DNA of 64,000 nucleotides, from contig JBEWZL010000003.1 of assembly GCA_045837725.1 (NCBI GenBank), forward strand, positions 434,001 through 498,000, given 5' to 3'. Below are positions 26,608 to 39,988 of the stretch, in pieces; the first letter of the stretch is position 1, and every line of letters starts with the position of its first letter. The stretch comes from Vermamoeba vermiformis. Its lineage: Eukaryota. Under the pieces are notes generated by a model. That model made no database searches. It saw nothing but the letters and a program-made list of their open reading frames with translations, and was not told the DNA's origin. A program made the position numbers and the translations under genes.

Positions 26608-28875
26608 TTATTCCGCCGTAAGATCTGCTTGCGAGCTCTGCACTTCCATATTAGGCTCGTCAGAGGGCTGTCGGTGCGCGTAGATCGCATCAATCACGTG
26701 CTTAGCATTGCGATCGTTCAGTCGATTACCAAATTTGTCCAAGAGATTCTGATAGAGACTCTGCAGCTCAGTGCTGTCAGCGAGTGTCACGTGATAGTCT
26801 TTGCCGTTGTGTTCGGTGTCAGGGCGTTGAATCCAGTCGCTGATGTACGCGACAATCTCGCGCGTGTGGAGATGCGACTGTGCCAGCAAGTAGCGCGCCA
26901 GTTGACGGTGCAGCCACAGCGAGACATGTCTATATTTGGACAAGTGGTCCAGCACTAGTTTGGACACGCGCTCGTCTTTGAGCAAGATGAGCTCGGAGAC
27001 TGCGGAGTGAATGAACTCGACCTCGCGCAGGAGATCGTCGGAGATTGTTCCGAGCACGGCTGTCAGAGCTGTCAACGTGTCAATGTCACGCTCGCGTAGT
27101 CGTGTCAAGTAGTAAAAAAGTGTCATCTAAATATAGCTCGAGTTAGACTTTGCAACTATTTGATCATTCACTGAACGGTACCTTGCGGGCAATGCGGTTC
27201 TCTTTGAACAGTTTGAGGAAGAGTTGATCGTTCATGAACGAAGGTGTCACTTCGAGCATGTTGTCCACCATGGCACTTAACAATTTCGGATAAAATTTCC
27301 GCATGACGGTCTCATCGCCGGGCAAATAATTGATCGATTTGAACTTGGTGGCACGTGGCATCTTGACTTCTTCCTCGTGCGAGTATTCTTCCGACGAGTC
27401 ACGTGACTCTTCATTTCTATTTTTAGCCTTGGAGCGCGTGATGTGCAGTGTGGTGCCCTCAGCTGTCACGTGATCTTTCTTTTCCTTTTTTGTCTTCTTG
27501 CTCGTGCTTTGATCTCCCTCAATCTCCAGCTTGATTAATGTGGGGGCGTGCAGTGCCAAATTTAGAAGTCCGTTCAAGAAGCGCAAAGTCTCGTCATTTT
27601 TGGGCAATTCTTCCGCGGAGATGAGTGCCTGCAACTGGTGCCAAATGGAGCGCGTGACAGTTGACAGCACCCACGGATCACGTGCGATCATTGACGCGTC
27701 GCGGAGTCGCGTGTCAAGTGTCAACATGTCACTCGTGCTCGGTGCCGCGGAGAGTCGTCCGTCAGTGGACAGCATGTCTAGCAGAAACGAATCCAATTCG
27801 CGCACACGCCGCGTGTCAATGACGCCCTCGCGCAGACAGGCATCGAGTCCCCACGCGAGCTTGTAACTGCTGTCACGTGCTGTCAACTCGCTGGACATGT
27901 CGTGCAGGGCCATCAACAGTTCACCGCGCAGGGTGCAGTATGACAGCGCTTGACAGGTGCCATCAGCGGTGTCGGGCAGTGTCAGTGCCGCGAGACAGCC
28001 CTGTTTGAGCAGTGTGCACGCGTGTTTGTACAAATCGAGCTGTGTCACGTGATCACCGACCAATCGCAGCAGTTCTTGCAGCGCACTGTTCTGTTGGCGT
28101 CGTTTGCGCGAGTCCAGCACGGGGGCATCGAGCAGTTCCCACACGCTGCTGATAATTGTTCCGCTGCTCGCACCTGATTGGCCGGCAATGAGTGTGTGGC
28201 TGTGGTGCGACATCTCCTCGCTGTGTTGTTTCATGAACGGCGTGAGTTCGTTCTTGAACAGCTCGTCATTCACGCGCCAGATCTGACGCCGCACCTCGAC
28301 TGGACTGTCGCTGTACAGCTCGGGATTGTGCGCGAGTTCCATCAAGAACGGCAGCGGAATGGACTTGAGTCGCTTCATGATGGCGTAGGGCACTGCTTTG
28401 AGCTCTTCAAAACTGATGTACGGAAAGGTCTCGTCGAGCAGTGCTTTCAGTCTGGCAACGGTGTTAGCTGCTAGTAGTAGAGTACTGGTACGTACTTGTC
28501 TTGTTCTAATCCAGCCACTTTGTCCAGCAATTGGTGGCGCAGCGAGGACAATATATTTTTGTATATATCTGGACGCGGCATGTTGTGCAGATCCAACAGT
28601 TTTAAGGCGGGTTGACATTTGCCAGGTAATCGAAAAATAAATAATTAATTTCTATGTTAAGCAGAATGCATAGTTAGAGTAGCGCGGATATTAATAGCAA
28701 GCACATAATAAATATTATAAAATATTAAAGCGCAAAATCAGCGTAGATACTTATCATTCTCTTTGCGCATCCCATTCTCACTCTGAAATTTAGCGATGAC
28801 CTCTTTCGGATGACTGCGCGTGAGTTCAGTGAAGATCTGATCTGCACCTTGTTTGCCAATCAAATACTCTTCCAT
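26608..28875 (-). CDS. NELFB: Negative elongation factor B (COBRA1)-like
   Basis: IAKFQSENG, QPALKLLDLHNMPR, PVEVRRQIW, YCTLRGELLMALHD, YKLAWGLDACLREG, DASMIARDPW. Confidence 0.85.
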
Positions 28876-29300
28876 GTGTTGTTGGATCAAAATTAATTGC
28901 GGATCTGCTGCTCGCGACTAGAAGTCTCGTTTTTACAGTCCACCTGTCATCAAATGAAGTGCTAGACTAACAATCCACAATGTACTCGCTAGTTTGATGT
29001 GCAGTCATTGCAGGCCAGTCAACAGCAGCGGAATTCTTTGAGTTTTCTGCTGACTTTTTAATTCCGCCGCGCCAGCTGAATGTCATTTTCATATAACACG
29101 GTGAGCACGAACACGCAGCCAATAGAATACGAGTTATTAGTGCGTATTGTCTCCCATTAAATAAACTGGCCTAGTTGTGGTTACTGTCTATTTTCATTTT
29201 TTCGTAATCTACAAGACCCGAATTTAATTAAATTACCCGAATAAAAAATTCAATGTAATTATGTATCAATATTAACACGGTGGTATTCAGGATTTATTTC

Positions 29301-32300
29301 ATGGGAAAATTTGGGAAGAGGTTTTACCTCGCGCAGGTACGTAATAACAACAACAACAACAATATTATTCAGACATAATACCTCGCGCAGATTCCGGAGT
29401 GGCGAGGGCAATATATTGACTACAAGAGCCTCTATCAGCAAATTAAAGTCGTCAAGGCAGCAGTACTCGAGCTAGCACAGGCATATGCGCACATTAAAGG
29501 TACAGTACTCGAATATAACGTGTCATATTTAATTAGCCTCTTTTGGCGGTAATTAATTTCCTGCCCAACAGAGATTACGGGCGATGTGGCGAACAAAGAG
29601 ATTCAACTGGAGAAGATGAAGTCTGAGACTGACTTCTGGAAGATGATGGACAACAGCGTGGACAAGGTTGAAATTTGGTATTTGTCGCAGATGGAGCACT
29701 TCACCGAGCAGTTTCATATTTTGACATTGCAAGCCATTCAATTGGTATGCTTTTATATACGCATTGTTGTAACGAATTAAGCTTGCTAACTCATTCCCCA
29801 CCAGCAACTGATCGAGGAGTACATCCCCTTCACGCGCGGTTTGTCCACGCGACTGGAGCGCGAGTTAGATCGACTGCACCTCGGTGTGGACATTGAACTA
29901 TCGACAATTTCCAAGAAAGACGAGGCCAAGAAGCCCCTAGTGCGCGAGAACACGTTGATTGCGCTGAGCAAGAAGACCACCGTGTCAGATCTGCTCAAAC
30001 GCATGCGCAGCAAAGTGGGCACACGCATGCGCTCAGGACAGACCCACGATACGATGAGTGCGCGTCTGCTGGACAATCAGGGCAGTTCCGACGAGACAGG
30101 TGGTGACAGCGGCTACGACTCGGACAAGAGTATCTCGGTGGAGGGCGAGCACAGCAGCAGCGAGAGCTTCGACGAGGACGACATCGATGCGATCAAGCGG
30201 CAGAATCAACTCGCTGCAGTGATCAAAGCGAGCAAGGAGGACGCGTACAAGACGAAGAGTCCGCAGCCCGAGATGACGAGCAGCGGCAAGAAGAAGAGCG
30301 TGACGAGCGACAAGACCGCCACCAAGAAGAAGCAGCGCAGCGATGCAAAGCAGGGCAGTGATGAGAGCGACGACTTGAAGAAGCCGCACAAGAGCTACAC
30401 CGTGCTGCGACTGCGCAACTTGACGCGCGAGGACATTGAGAGCACCGACATGAGCAAGTCGTCCTTTGTGGTGCATCAAGAGCTGCAGGACATTGGCAAG
30501 ATTGATCGCAATGCCGCACAGCTGCGCTTGAGAAAGGCATTTGCAGAGTTCTATCGCGGCTTGTGTCTGCTGCAGAACTACGTGACAGTCAACTTGGAGG
30601 GCATTGAAAAGATCCTCAGCAAGCACGACAAGAACATTGAGCTCGGCAAGAAAGATCAGTACATTGCCGATGTGCTCAGCAAGTGCGCCTTCTATCGCAA
30701 AGTCGCACTCACCACCCTGATGCGTGAGACGGAGCACGTGTTTGCCATGGCCTTCACGTCCGGACACCGCACCGCTGCCATGAAGAAGTTGCGTGTGGCG
30801 AACAAGGAGAAAGCGAGTCAGGTATCGACATTCAGATTCGGACTGTTCTTTGGCGTGTCCCTCACACTGCTCGCCATCATAGCCTACATGTCCACACTGC
30901 TCGATGCAGCCACTGTGACGCGAATACGACCGATTCTGATCATGTACCGCATGACAGCACTGTGCGTGTTCATGTTGTGGGGCTGGGGCGTGGACATGTG
31001 GATGTGGAGCAAGGTACGTAGTGCACAGTGCCGTCGATGCATGATTATTAACGCTGTTCTGTTGCCCCTCAGTTCCGTGTGAATTACATCTTCATCTTTG
31101 AATTCGATCCGCGGCGTCATCACCGCTATGCAGGTATATTCGAGGTACGTGCCACTATATCTCAACACACAGGACCTCGCCACTGACCACAGCACACGAC
31201 AGGCCGCATCGGTGTTCAGTGTGTTCCTCATCTCCAGCGTGGCCTTCTTCCTGTTCTCGCAGCTGCCCTCAGTGATCCCCGCGTTCCAGTGGATCAAACA
31301 GATCCCCCTCGCCGTGCACCCTCTCGTCGCATTCGGTGTCATGCTGCTCTTCTTCCTCGGCTACTCCATCAAGAGCAAGTTCTGGCTCATCAAATACATC
31401 TTGCAGATCATTGCCTCGCCCTTCACGCCCGTCAACTTCCCGCACTTTTTCTTGGCCGATCAACTCATCTCCATCACGACGGTGCTGTACGACTTGGAGT
31501 ACTTCATCTGCTATCTGGTCAATGATGCCTGGAATGATTCGGGTGTGATCACGTGCGACACGCACTATCGCTGGATATTGCCCATGCTGTCGTTCTTGCC
31601 GCCATTTGTAAGTGCTGCCTATTGATCTCACCCGACGTGCCGAACTGACCCGCGCAATCTCGCAGTGGAGATTCATGCAGTGTTTGCGTCGGTACATTGA
31701 CACGGGAGTCAAACGTCAACTCGTCAATGCAGCCAAGTACAGCTGCTCGTTTGCGGTGATCACATTCGCGTATCTGCGCGGCAAGTACAGCGAGCCCGTC
31801 TATCTCGCGCTGTGGATCGTGTCCGTGGCCATCAACACCATGTTCACCTTCACGTGGTACGTATTGTGAATATATCATAGTGCCTTTCGCTGACAGTATT
31901 AACCGATCCTCTGCTGTAGGGACGTGAAGATGGATTGGTCTGTCGGTGACTTCAAGGCCAAGTACCCTGGTCTGCGCGAGACCTTGTTGTATCCCGTCCC
32001 TATCGTATGTACTGCGATCATTACTCCTGCATTCACAACTAACACGTGCTTGCAGTACTACGTCGCGTTGTGTTCCAATCTGTTCATGCGCTTGATGTGG
32101 ACATTGCAGATCTCACCTGAAGTGACGAGAGGAGTCATAGCCGCAGATGCGTTCAGCACCATCTTGGCCCTGGTTGAAGTGTGCAGACGTTGTTTCTGGA
32201 ACTTGTTCCGCGTCGAGAACGAGCAGATCAACAACATTGGCAAGTTCAGAGCGCTGAATGAAGTGCCTCTACCACTGCCCGTCAAGAATCCCTTCGAGGA

Positions 32301-32322
32301 AGAAGAAGATTCACCCGTATAA
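29301..32322 (+). CDS. XPR1: SPX-EXS phosphate exporter (XPR1/SYG1/PHO1 family)
   Basis: SPX motifs MGKFGK..IPEW..YIDYK and NLEGIEKILSKHDK. EXS motifs FFLADQL, RFMQCLRRY, NAAKY, WDVKMDW, RRCFWNLFRVENE. Confidence 0.92.
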
Positions 32323-32455
32323 TATCTTGTACATAAATGTAAATAGTGCACGTAATATTTATCAATTTTATTTGGCAGTTATTTTTTTTTTGTACCGCAC
32401 TACAAACCAGATCTTAACACTGCACAAGGGTCGAATAGCGTTGTATATTTATATA

Positions 32456-35400
32456 ATGTTCGATCCACAAACCGACGTTATTATTTACGGTTTTAGCGTG
32501 CAATTGCGCGAGGCTGCTCTTGGCCTCATAAAAAGTGTACGCGAAGTGCACACAGCAATTTCAAAAAATGCGGGCGAGGAAGCTCTGGTTAATACTGCTT
32601 GTACTACTGCTGCGGAGGATTCTACAAAAATATTAAATATGGTACAACAACACAAAGGAAAAATTCCGGATTCGGCGTTGGAGATGCTGATAGAACAAGC
32701 TCAAAATGTTGATAAATTCGTGCAAGATGTAGTTCAAAAAGCTAAAATAGCGAGCGCAAATCCCTACGACTTTATGACCAAGCAGAATTTAGAAGAGGCC
32801 TGCAAGACGGTCAGTGAAGGTGTTCAAAAGCTCGTGCGCACCACTCGACAACTCGCGAACACAGGAAGTACAGTGGAAGAGAACAACGCACCCAAGGTAC
32901 AACTTGATATGAGTTTGATCAAGAAAATGGCGGCAGCACTCCGATCCTTAGAAGACGATTGCCGCAACAGCAACAAAGACAAGTTGAATGTCGACATCAA
33001 GACCGTGACGTCAGGCTGCAATCAGCTCGTGCAGACATTGAAGCAGCTTAATCAACTCGCACTCGCGGATGAATTGCGCGATCGTACCGTGCAAGTGGTG
33101 TCTACTGCAAAGGTGGCGTTCAACAAGCCCACACAGGTCTATTTAGAGCAGCTCGGTGAGGCCCTGAAGCGCGAGGCAGACACCCTCAAAGCACTGGTGC
33201 AGACCACTTCGCGCAAGAAGTCCGAGGGCGAGAACGAGTCCAACACCAACACCCCGCCCTCGTCCAATCACAACACGCCCCCTCCCTCCATCACCGTGAT
33301 CAACAAGAGTCTGCCTCACACACCCAGCAAGCTCGGACTCTCACCTCTGCTCTCGAAGGACTCGTCCAACAATCTCACACCCACTGCTTCCAAAGTACCA
33401 GCCCTGCAGATCAGTGACGAGGCATTGCCTGCGTCCAGTCCCACCTCTCCGCGCGCAGTCACAACTTCCAAGGTACGAGTAACTGTTTTGTATACCTCGG
33501 TACTAACACTGTCACTAGCCTGGCTCACTGACATCACGCGAAGAAGAGCGCAGTGAAGTCACGACAGGCAACACCACTGAACGCGTGCACAAGCGCAATC
33601 TGTTGAGTCGCACACCACTCACGCGATCATCACCGAGCCCTTCAGTCGCCGTCAGAATGGTGCGCGCGAACAGTTTCAAAGATCCGCTGGACGAGGCAGA
33701 CTATCTCGAGCTGACCAAGGGAATCTTGCAGACCCTCAAGCTGAGCAAAGAGGACGAGCAGACCTCCGAACTGGCCGCAGAGCTCAAAGCACTCATTCAC
33801 AAGCAGTTGCAGTCCAGAAAGGACTCGCGCATGAATCGACTCAGTCCCAATCAGCTCAACTCGCTGCAAGGTAAGTGCTACGAAATTAATGGTGATAATA
33901 GGTCCTTATTGCTCATTCAGCGCAACGCGAGTTGACGGATCTGCGCAGTTCAGACAATCTCAACTGGAAACAACTGCAAATATTGCTGCTGCGACAGAAG
34001 GCCAATCAGGTGACGCGCAAACGAGGGTTGAACTACGTGGATACGGAGACACTGAGCACCGATGAGATTGTGTCCGATGCCTCCAAGGTGTTCAGTCACC
34101 TCTCCAATCTCTCCGGCAGATTGTGCGAGGTCATCTTGCTGGCCATTATCTCCGCCATTGATGAGATACTCGGCAATGAAGACCCCTCGCAGACAGTGGA
34201 GGAGTGTGTGAACGATGCAGTCGCTTGCACGCACACATTCTTGTCGTTCATGCACATCATTTCCTCGAAGAATTTGAGCGAGCCAGGTGAAAAAATCATC
34301 AAAGCGATTGACGAGATGCTCGATGTGTCCAAGCTGAAGGTCGAGATCGATGATCGGGTCATCTCTGCAGCCACAGGCATGAATTTGTCGCTCGTGGAAC
34401 AAAGGTACGGTGTAGTATTGGAGGAGTATAGGGGCACGTAATTAACACCTCGTCAGCTTAAAGTACCGCGTGAACAAGGCCTCGAATGGACTGCGCGCGA
34501 GTTTGATTCAAATTGTGACCACGATTGGTGCGCTGAAGAGCATTCACATCAGCGAAGAAGTGGTGCTGCAAATCGCTGCGTTGTGTCACTGCATTCTGCT
34601 GTCGAGCAAGACACTCGTCAATGCCACCGTCACCTATCGCTTTGTGCGCGACATTGACCACAACTCCACGGAAGAGAATGCCGCTCACGTGGAGAGCGAG
34701 GGGCACGTGCCTGACTGCAACATCTGGGACGATCGTGATCCATATTTGGAAGAGGACTCGGACCACTCCTCCGATCGCGATGACAGCGGCAAGATGAGCA
34801 AAGGCATCAAGACCAGTAAGTAACTTGTGCCGTCAGTGACGTGCTCGATATTAACCGTGAGCGACAGTACTGGGCGCAGCACGCAGCAAGAATGGCTCGG
34901 AGAAGAATTCACCCGTGGGCAGTCCCGCGAGTCAGTTCACCAAGAGCAAGTCTGACGGCTCCATCAAGAAGCTCAAGTCCAAGAAGATGAAGTTCGGTTC
35001 ACTGAATCAGATCGTCAAGACTGCCACGCACACCAACACGAATGGCAAGTCACATTATTATTAATAACAATACAGGCCGAATACTGATCTAACTCCATGC
35101 GCGCAGATTACTTTGCAGTGACGATGATCACGACCTATCAGTCCTTCACCACGGCCACAAAACTGCTCGACAAGTTGATTCAGCGCTACGACGTCCCTCC
35201 GCACAAAGTCGACATTGACGACCCGAAGCTGATCAAGCTGAAAGTGATTCAAATCATTCAGTATTGGATTGAAAACAACTCTTACGACTTTGATCAGCCC
35301 TTTGTGGACAAGATGCGTCAGTTCATCACCGTGCAACTGCCCAACGATGGATTCAAAGAGATGTCGCTCAATCTCACTGAACTGCTCAATCAGAAGGTAG

Positions 35401-36972
35401 GAGGCACTGTGTGTATATAGTTGCATGCTAATGAGGTCCACAGGTCAATGCGCGCCTCTATCTCGATCGCATGGCCTTCAATGTGCCGCAGACTGATTTC
35501 TTCGTAAGTACCGCTATTGACTCCTCACAGTGCTCAACTAATCGCACCGAGCAGTTCATGGACCCACCGCTCTCCCCCTCAGGTGTGCTGCTCAACTCCA
35601 CTGCTGAAGAGATTGCGCGTCAATTGACACTCGTGGACTGGGAGCTGTTCCGAGCCATAGAGGTGAGACTCGTACCACTAGTGCTCTATATTACACGTAC
35701 TAACTGCGGAGTGACAGCCCATTGAACTGTTCAAACAAGCGTGGAACAAGCCAGCCCTGCAATACCGCGCTAACAATGTGCTGGCAATGATTGAGCGCTC
35801 GAATCGCATCTCGTTCTGGGTGGCGAGCACCATTCTGTTTCAGAACAACCCTGAGGACCGCGCACAGATGATCCTCAAGTTCATCAATGTCGCAGAGGTA
35901 TGTCGCTGTCGTTGTCTGATTCTGTCACGTGACACTTGCTGATCGATGGCACATTAGGAGCTGATCAAGCTGAACAACTTCAACACGTTCAACAGCATCA
36001 TTGCAGGTCTCAATGTGCGCGCAGTGACGCGATTGGAGCGCACCTCCTTCACACTGATACCACCTGATCACGCACGAGCCTTCCACTCATTCGCAGAGAT
36101 CATTTCACCCGAGGGTGGATTCAAAATGTTCCGCGAACAGCTGCGCAGTGCCACGCTGCCAGCCATCCCCTTTTTAGGCCAATTCTTGAGTGACCTGACG
36201 CTGATTGAGGACGGCAACAAAGACACGTTAAATGGTCTCATCAACTTCCAGAAGCGTGAAATGACGATGGAGATCATCTCTGATCTGCAAAAATATCAGT
36301 CCAAGCCCTATCCATTCCCACGCCTCGAGCCACTGTTCACGTACCTGATTGAACTGCCGCACATTGACTCGCAGCGATTGTATCCCATGTCACTCTATTA
36401 CGAGCCACGTGATCCTGTCACACCCAAGAGTAAGTGATTAGTGATAACTGCAGGCAATAGCGCGATACTCACCACGAACATTTGCAGCCCCCTCGAGTGA
36501 CGAGCGCAAAGAAGAGACGAAGAAGAAGCTGAACTTGATTGACAAGCTGGTGAAGAAGAGTGCGGACAAGAAGAAGCACAAGAACAAAGACCGACCCAAC
36601 CGCGAGAAGGACTTCAACGATCTGCTCGATGACGAGGAGTTGCGTCGCGAGTTCCAAGTCTATTTGGTGAAGATATTCTGCGTGGAGAATCTCTTCTTCT
36701 ACCTCGATGTCAACAAGTTCTTGAAGCTCGACTTCAGCGACCAAGATCTGGTCACCAAAGAGGCGCAACGACTCGTGGAGGTCTATCTCGCAGACGACGA
36801 GATTGCTACCATGCCAGTGAGCATCGATTACAATCTCAAAAAGGACATTGAACAGCGCGTGGCCGAGTGCGAGATGGTGACGCCAGATCTGTTCAACACG
36901 GCCAAGAGCGAGATTGAGCAGCTGTTGAAATTGAGCTTTGCGCAGTGGAAGAACACTAGCAAGACAGTGTAA
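32456..36972 (+). CDS. RasGEF (REM + CDC25) with N-terminal helical bundles and a C-terminal RGS domain
   Basis: REM motifs TTYQSF and IIQYWIEN. CDC25 motifs EIARQLTL, IPFLGQFLSDLTLIEDGN, INFQKR. Intron 36430-36487 joins in frame to RGS-like FQVYL..FCVENLFFY...VSID...LFNTA. Confidence 0.85.
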
Positions 36973-37348
36973 TATACGAGCACTAGGGGCACTGAAATGT
37001 ATTGTAACTGATTGTAGAATTTGTAATTAAACGTCACCTTACCATTGCTATTTAGTATCATTATCACCACGATTAATTATGTGGTTATGTGTAGTGTTGT
37101 TGTGTTTGTGGCGCGGTAGTTGTTCGGAGTTTGAAAAAAAAAAAGATTTTATCGTTGACTTGTATTTTTGTATTTATTATTTATTAGCACCACTGTAGGT
37201 CCATTACTGTATTTTTATTTATTGTTGTGGCCCTTCTTTGGGATTTCGATCGAAACTCGGTCATCCCAACTCCAACCACTGATTTGACCTATTTCCTAGA
37301 CATTCAATATTTATTGATATAATTTTTAAAATATCTTTTGAAAGTAAA

Positions 37349-39988
37349 ATGAGGTAAGTCCACCGTAAGAACGCAGATTCAATTTAAAATTCCAAAAATT
37401 AGCAAAAAAAGCAAATAATGCGATAATATACCTTTCAGATACACATATATTTATACTATTTTATTCAGCGATTTTTTGAAAAAAAGGAAGGTTGGTGATA
37501 TGGGTAAGTACATCTCTCATCCTTGAATCTGCTTAAAAGTGAAGATAATAATTGTAAATGAACATAGATTTCAATCCTATTGAATATAGCGGTCCTCAAG
37601 TGAAAAAAGCTAAGCGAGGACGACCACGCAAACATCCGCTTCCAGTTCCCGCGCAACCAACTGTGAACAACACTAACCTACTGTGAGTATAGACCGTGCT
37701 GTTATTATGCACTGCTAGCACTATATGCACGCATTCAGTGATATTAACACTCGCCCATGCAGTCCCCCGTACACCATGCTCGCACCCGTCGCTGCTGTCA
37801 AACCCCTCTCCGGACCCCCCTCGCCGAATATTCCGCTCGTGTCACGTGATCAGCTGACACCTGCTGTCAAACCTCGTCGACCTCGCTCCTCGAGTGGTGC
37901 AGCAGTTCAAGGTAGATCGCTGTCCCTGTCCATTCAGTCTACTTACCTTATTTAGAATCACCGACGAGCAAACCGACCAGTGAGGACACCAAAGCAAAGA
38001 AATCTGCGCTGCTGGCACGTGTCACCTCGCTGCCTGTTGTTTCCTTAAAAGGCAAGCCCGCACCACTCTTGCGCCAAGATCACGTGGAAAACAAGTTGCC
38101 GCTCTCGTGGCGCCGCAAAGCAAAGTTTGCAAGTATTTCAGCAACGCTGTACGGCAATGACAAATTAGGCAAAGACGACGACGAGTTGAAGCGCATGGAC
38201 CTCGATCTCGACAGCGATCTCGGCGTCAATGTTGACAAGCCCAGACGAGGCAGGCCTCCCAAACGAGGGCGCGGTCGTCCGCCCAAAAATTCCGACTTGC
38301 CTAATTCGGAATTGGGCTCTGATCTGCGCGACAGCCGCTTGAATGGCCAAGGAGCTATAAATAGCTACGCAGATCCAGACTACGACCTCGACGAACAAGC
38401 AGTGCAGCCAAGTGAATTTCAATACATGAGTCGTCGTGCACCACCACTGCGCACCATAATTAGCAACAAAGATTGGCAAAGCTTGTACGAGCAGTTCGTG
38501 AAACAATTTGGTTCAGTGAAAGAAGCAACAGATCTGTCACAAGATGCGCTCGAACAGTTCTATTTTAAGATGATCGACATCATCGAACGACACACCACAC
38601 CAAAAGAGGAAATTGACTTGTTGCGCGACGAGACACGTGACATTCGCGAAGAATTAACGCAAAGTCTGTACGATGGCCTGCAACACGTGGAGTCCTGTCG
38701 CGTCAAACTGCAACTCGAGCTGCAACAGCTGCGTCTGAAGCTGCACAGCGATCAAATGTCCGTGCGCCAACACAACGCGAACAAACTCGATGCGCTGCTG
38801 CAACACCTCGAACAGCAGATGAATCTCGATCGATTGGAGATTGCGCGCCAAATTAAGAAAATTCGCGAGGACAGCGAGCGGTACCTGACCATACAACACG
38901 TGCCCACTCCCCCGCCCATGCCTAATATGGCAATGAGCAGTCCCGCGCTGATGATGAACACGATGCCCAACGCGGCCCTCAGCACGCAACAGCTCCGAGC
39001 ACAGCGCGAACTGGCCTCGAAGCAGCACCAACAGGCTGCAGACCTCTACAATCAGGCCGTGCAGCTCTTCAATCCCGCGCCCTATCATCCGGGCTACATG
39101 TCACCGCACCAGATGGGACCGCATCTACCAGGGCCCAATTTCAACCAGGGCTACGAGGGCTACATGTCGCAGCACAACATTGAAATTCCGCGCTCATTCG
39201 TGACCAGTCAGCGCAGTCCTGTCACCGCACCTAATTTGGCATTCCCCAACACGCATCTGCCGAACATGCACGGCTACAAGGCTCAAGATCTGCAAATGAC
39301 ACATGTCATGAACTATCACGAGGCACGACCGCAGTTGCCACCGCTGCTCAATTACCAAGAAAATGCGAGTGTCACTCTGCCACCCATTGTCGACCGCGTG
39401 CCATCACCTGTCAAGTCACGTGATGCGCTGTCATCTGCGTCAAACCCTGAACGACGTGATGCGGACTCACGCGATCAGATCAGCGAGTCCAAGTCGGAAG
39501 TGGCTCCGATGCAAGTGGAGGAAAAATCCACGAGTCAGAACACTGAGAGCAATGTGACACGTGTCAATGAGGAGACTGATGAAACGAAAGAGACAGATGT
39601 CAAAGACACACCTGCACAAGACGCCGCAGTGACACCTGTCAACGCAGAACCAGCCGATCACGTGACAGGGACAGAGCAGTCTAAAAATAGCAATGATGAA
39701 CAAGCGGCAAGCACGCCAATGACAGGTGTCACTTCAGAGTCTGCGCCGACTGCAGTGACAGGTGTCACCAGCGAATCAGCCCCCATCACTGAAGTGCCCG
39801 AAGCAGTGACGCAATCGTACGACATGTTAGTGCAATCTTTGCAACAATTAACTGGCAATGCGTCACTGACAGCGGAACAATTGAGCGAACTCATCGCGCA
39901 ACAGTCTGGCATCGCGCAGGGCGAGGTGTGGGACGAGGAACAGGTGCAAGAAGAGGGCAGCATTCAGACCAATCAGCAACAACCTTAG
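37349..39988 (+). CDS. AT-hook and coiled-coil nuclear protein of unknown family
   Basis: Reconstructed 5' exons give KRGRPRKHP. The main ORF has RRGRPPK and GRGRPPK, a coiled coil, and P/Q/M-rich and acidic regions. Confidence 0.7.

Noticed and set aside
28490-28618. NELF-B N-terminus as given by the ORF track (MSTRLKTVG...)
   Set aside because: It is the wrong frame. The conserved sequence (CQPALKLLDLH) is in another frame and is joined by a 44-nt intron.
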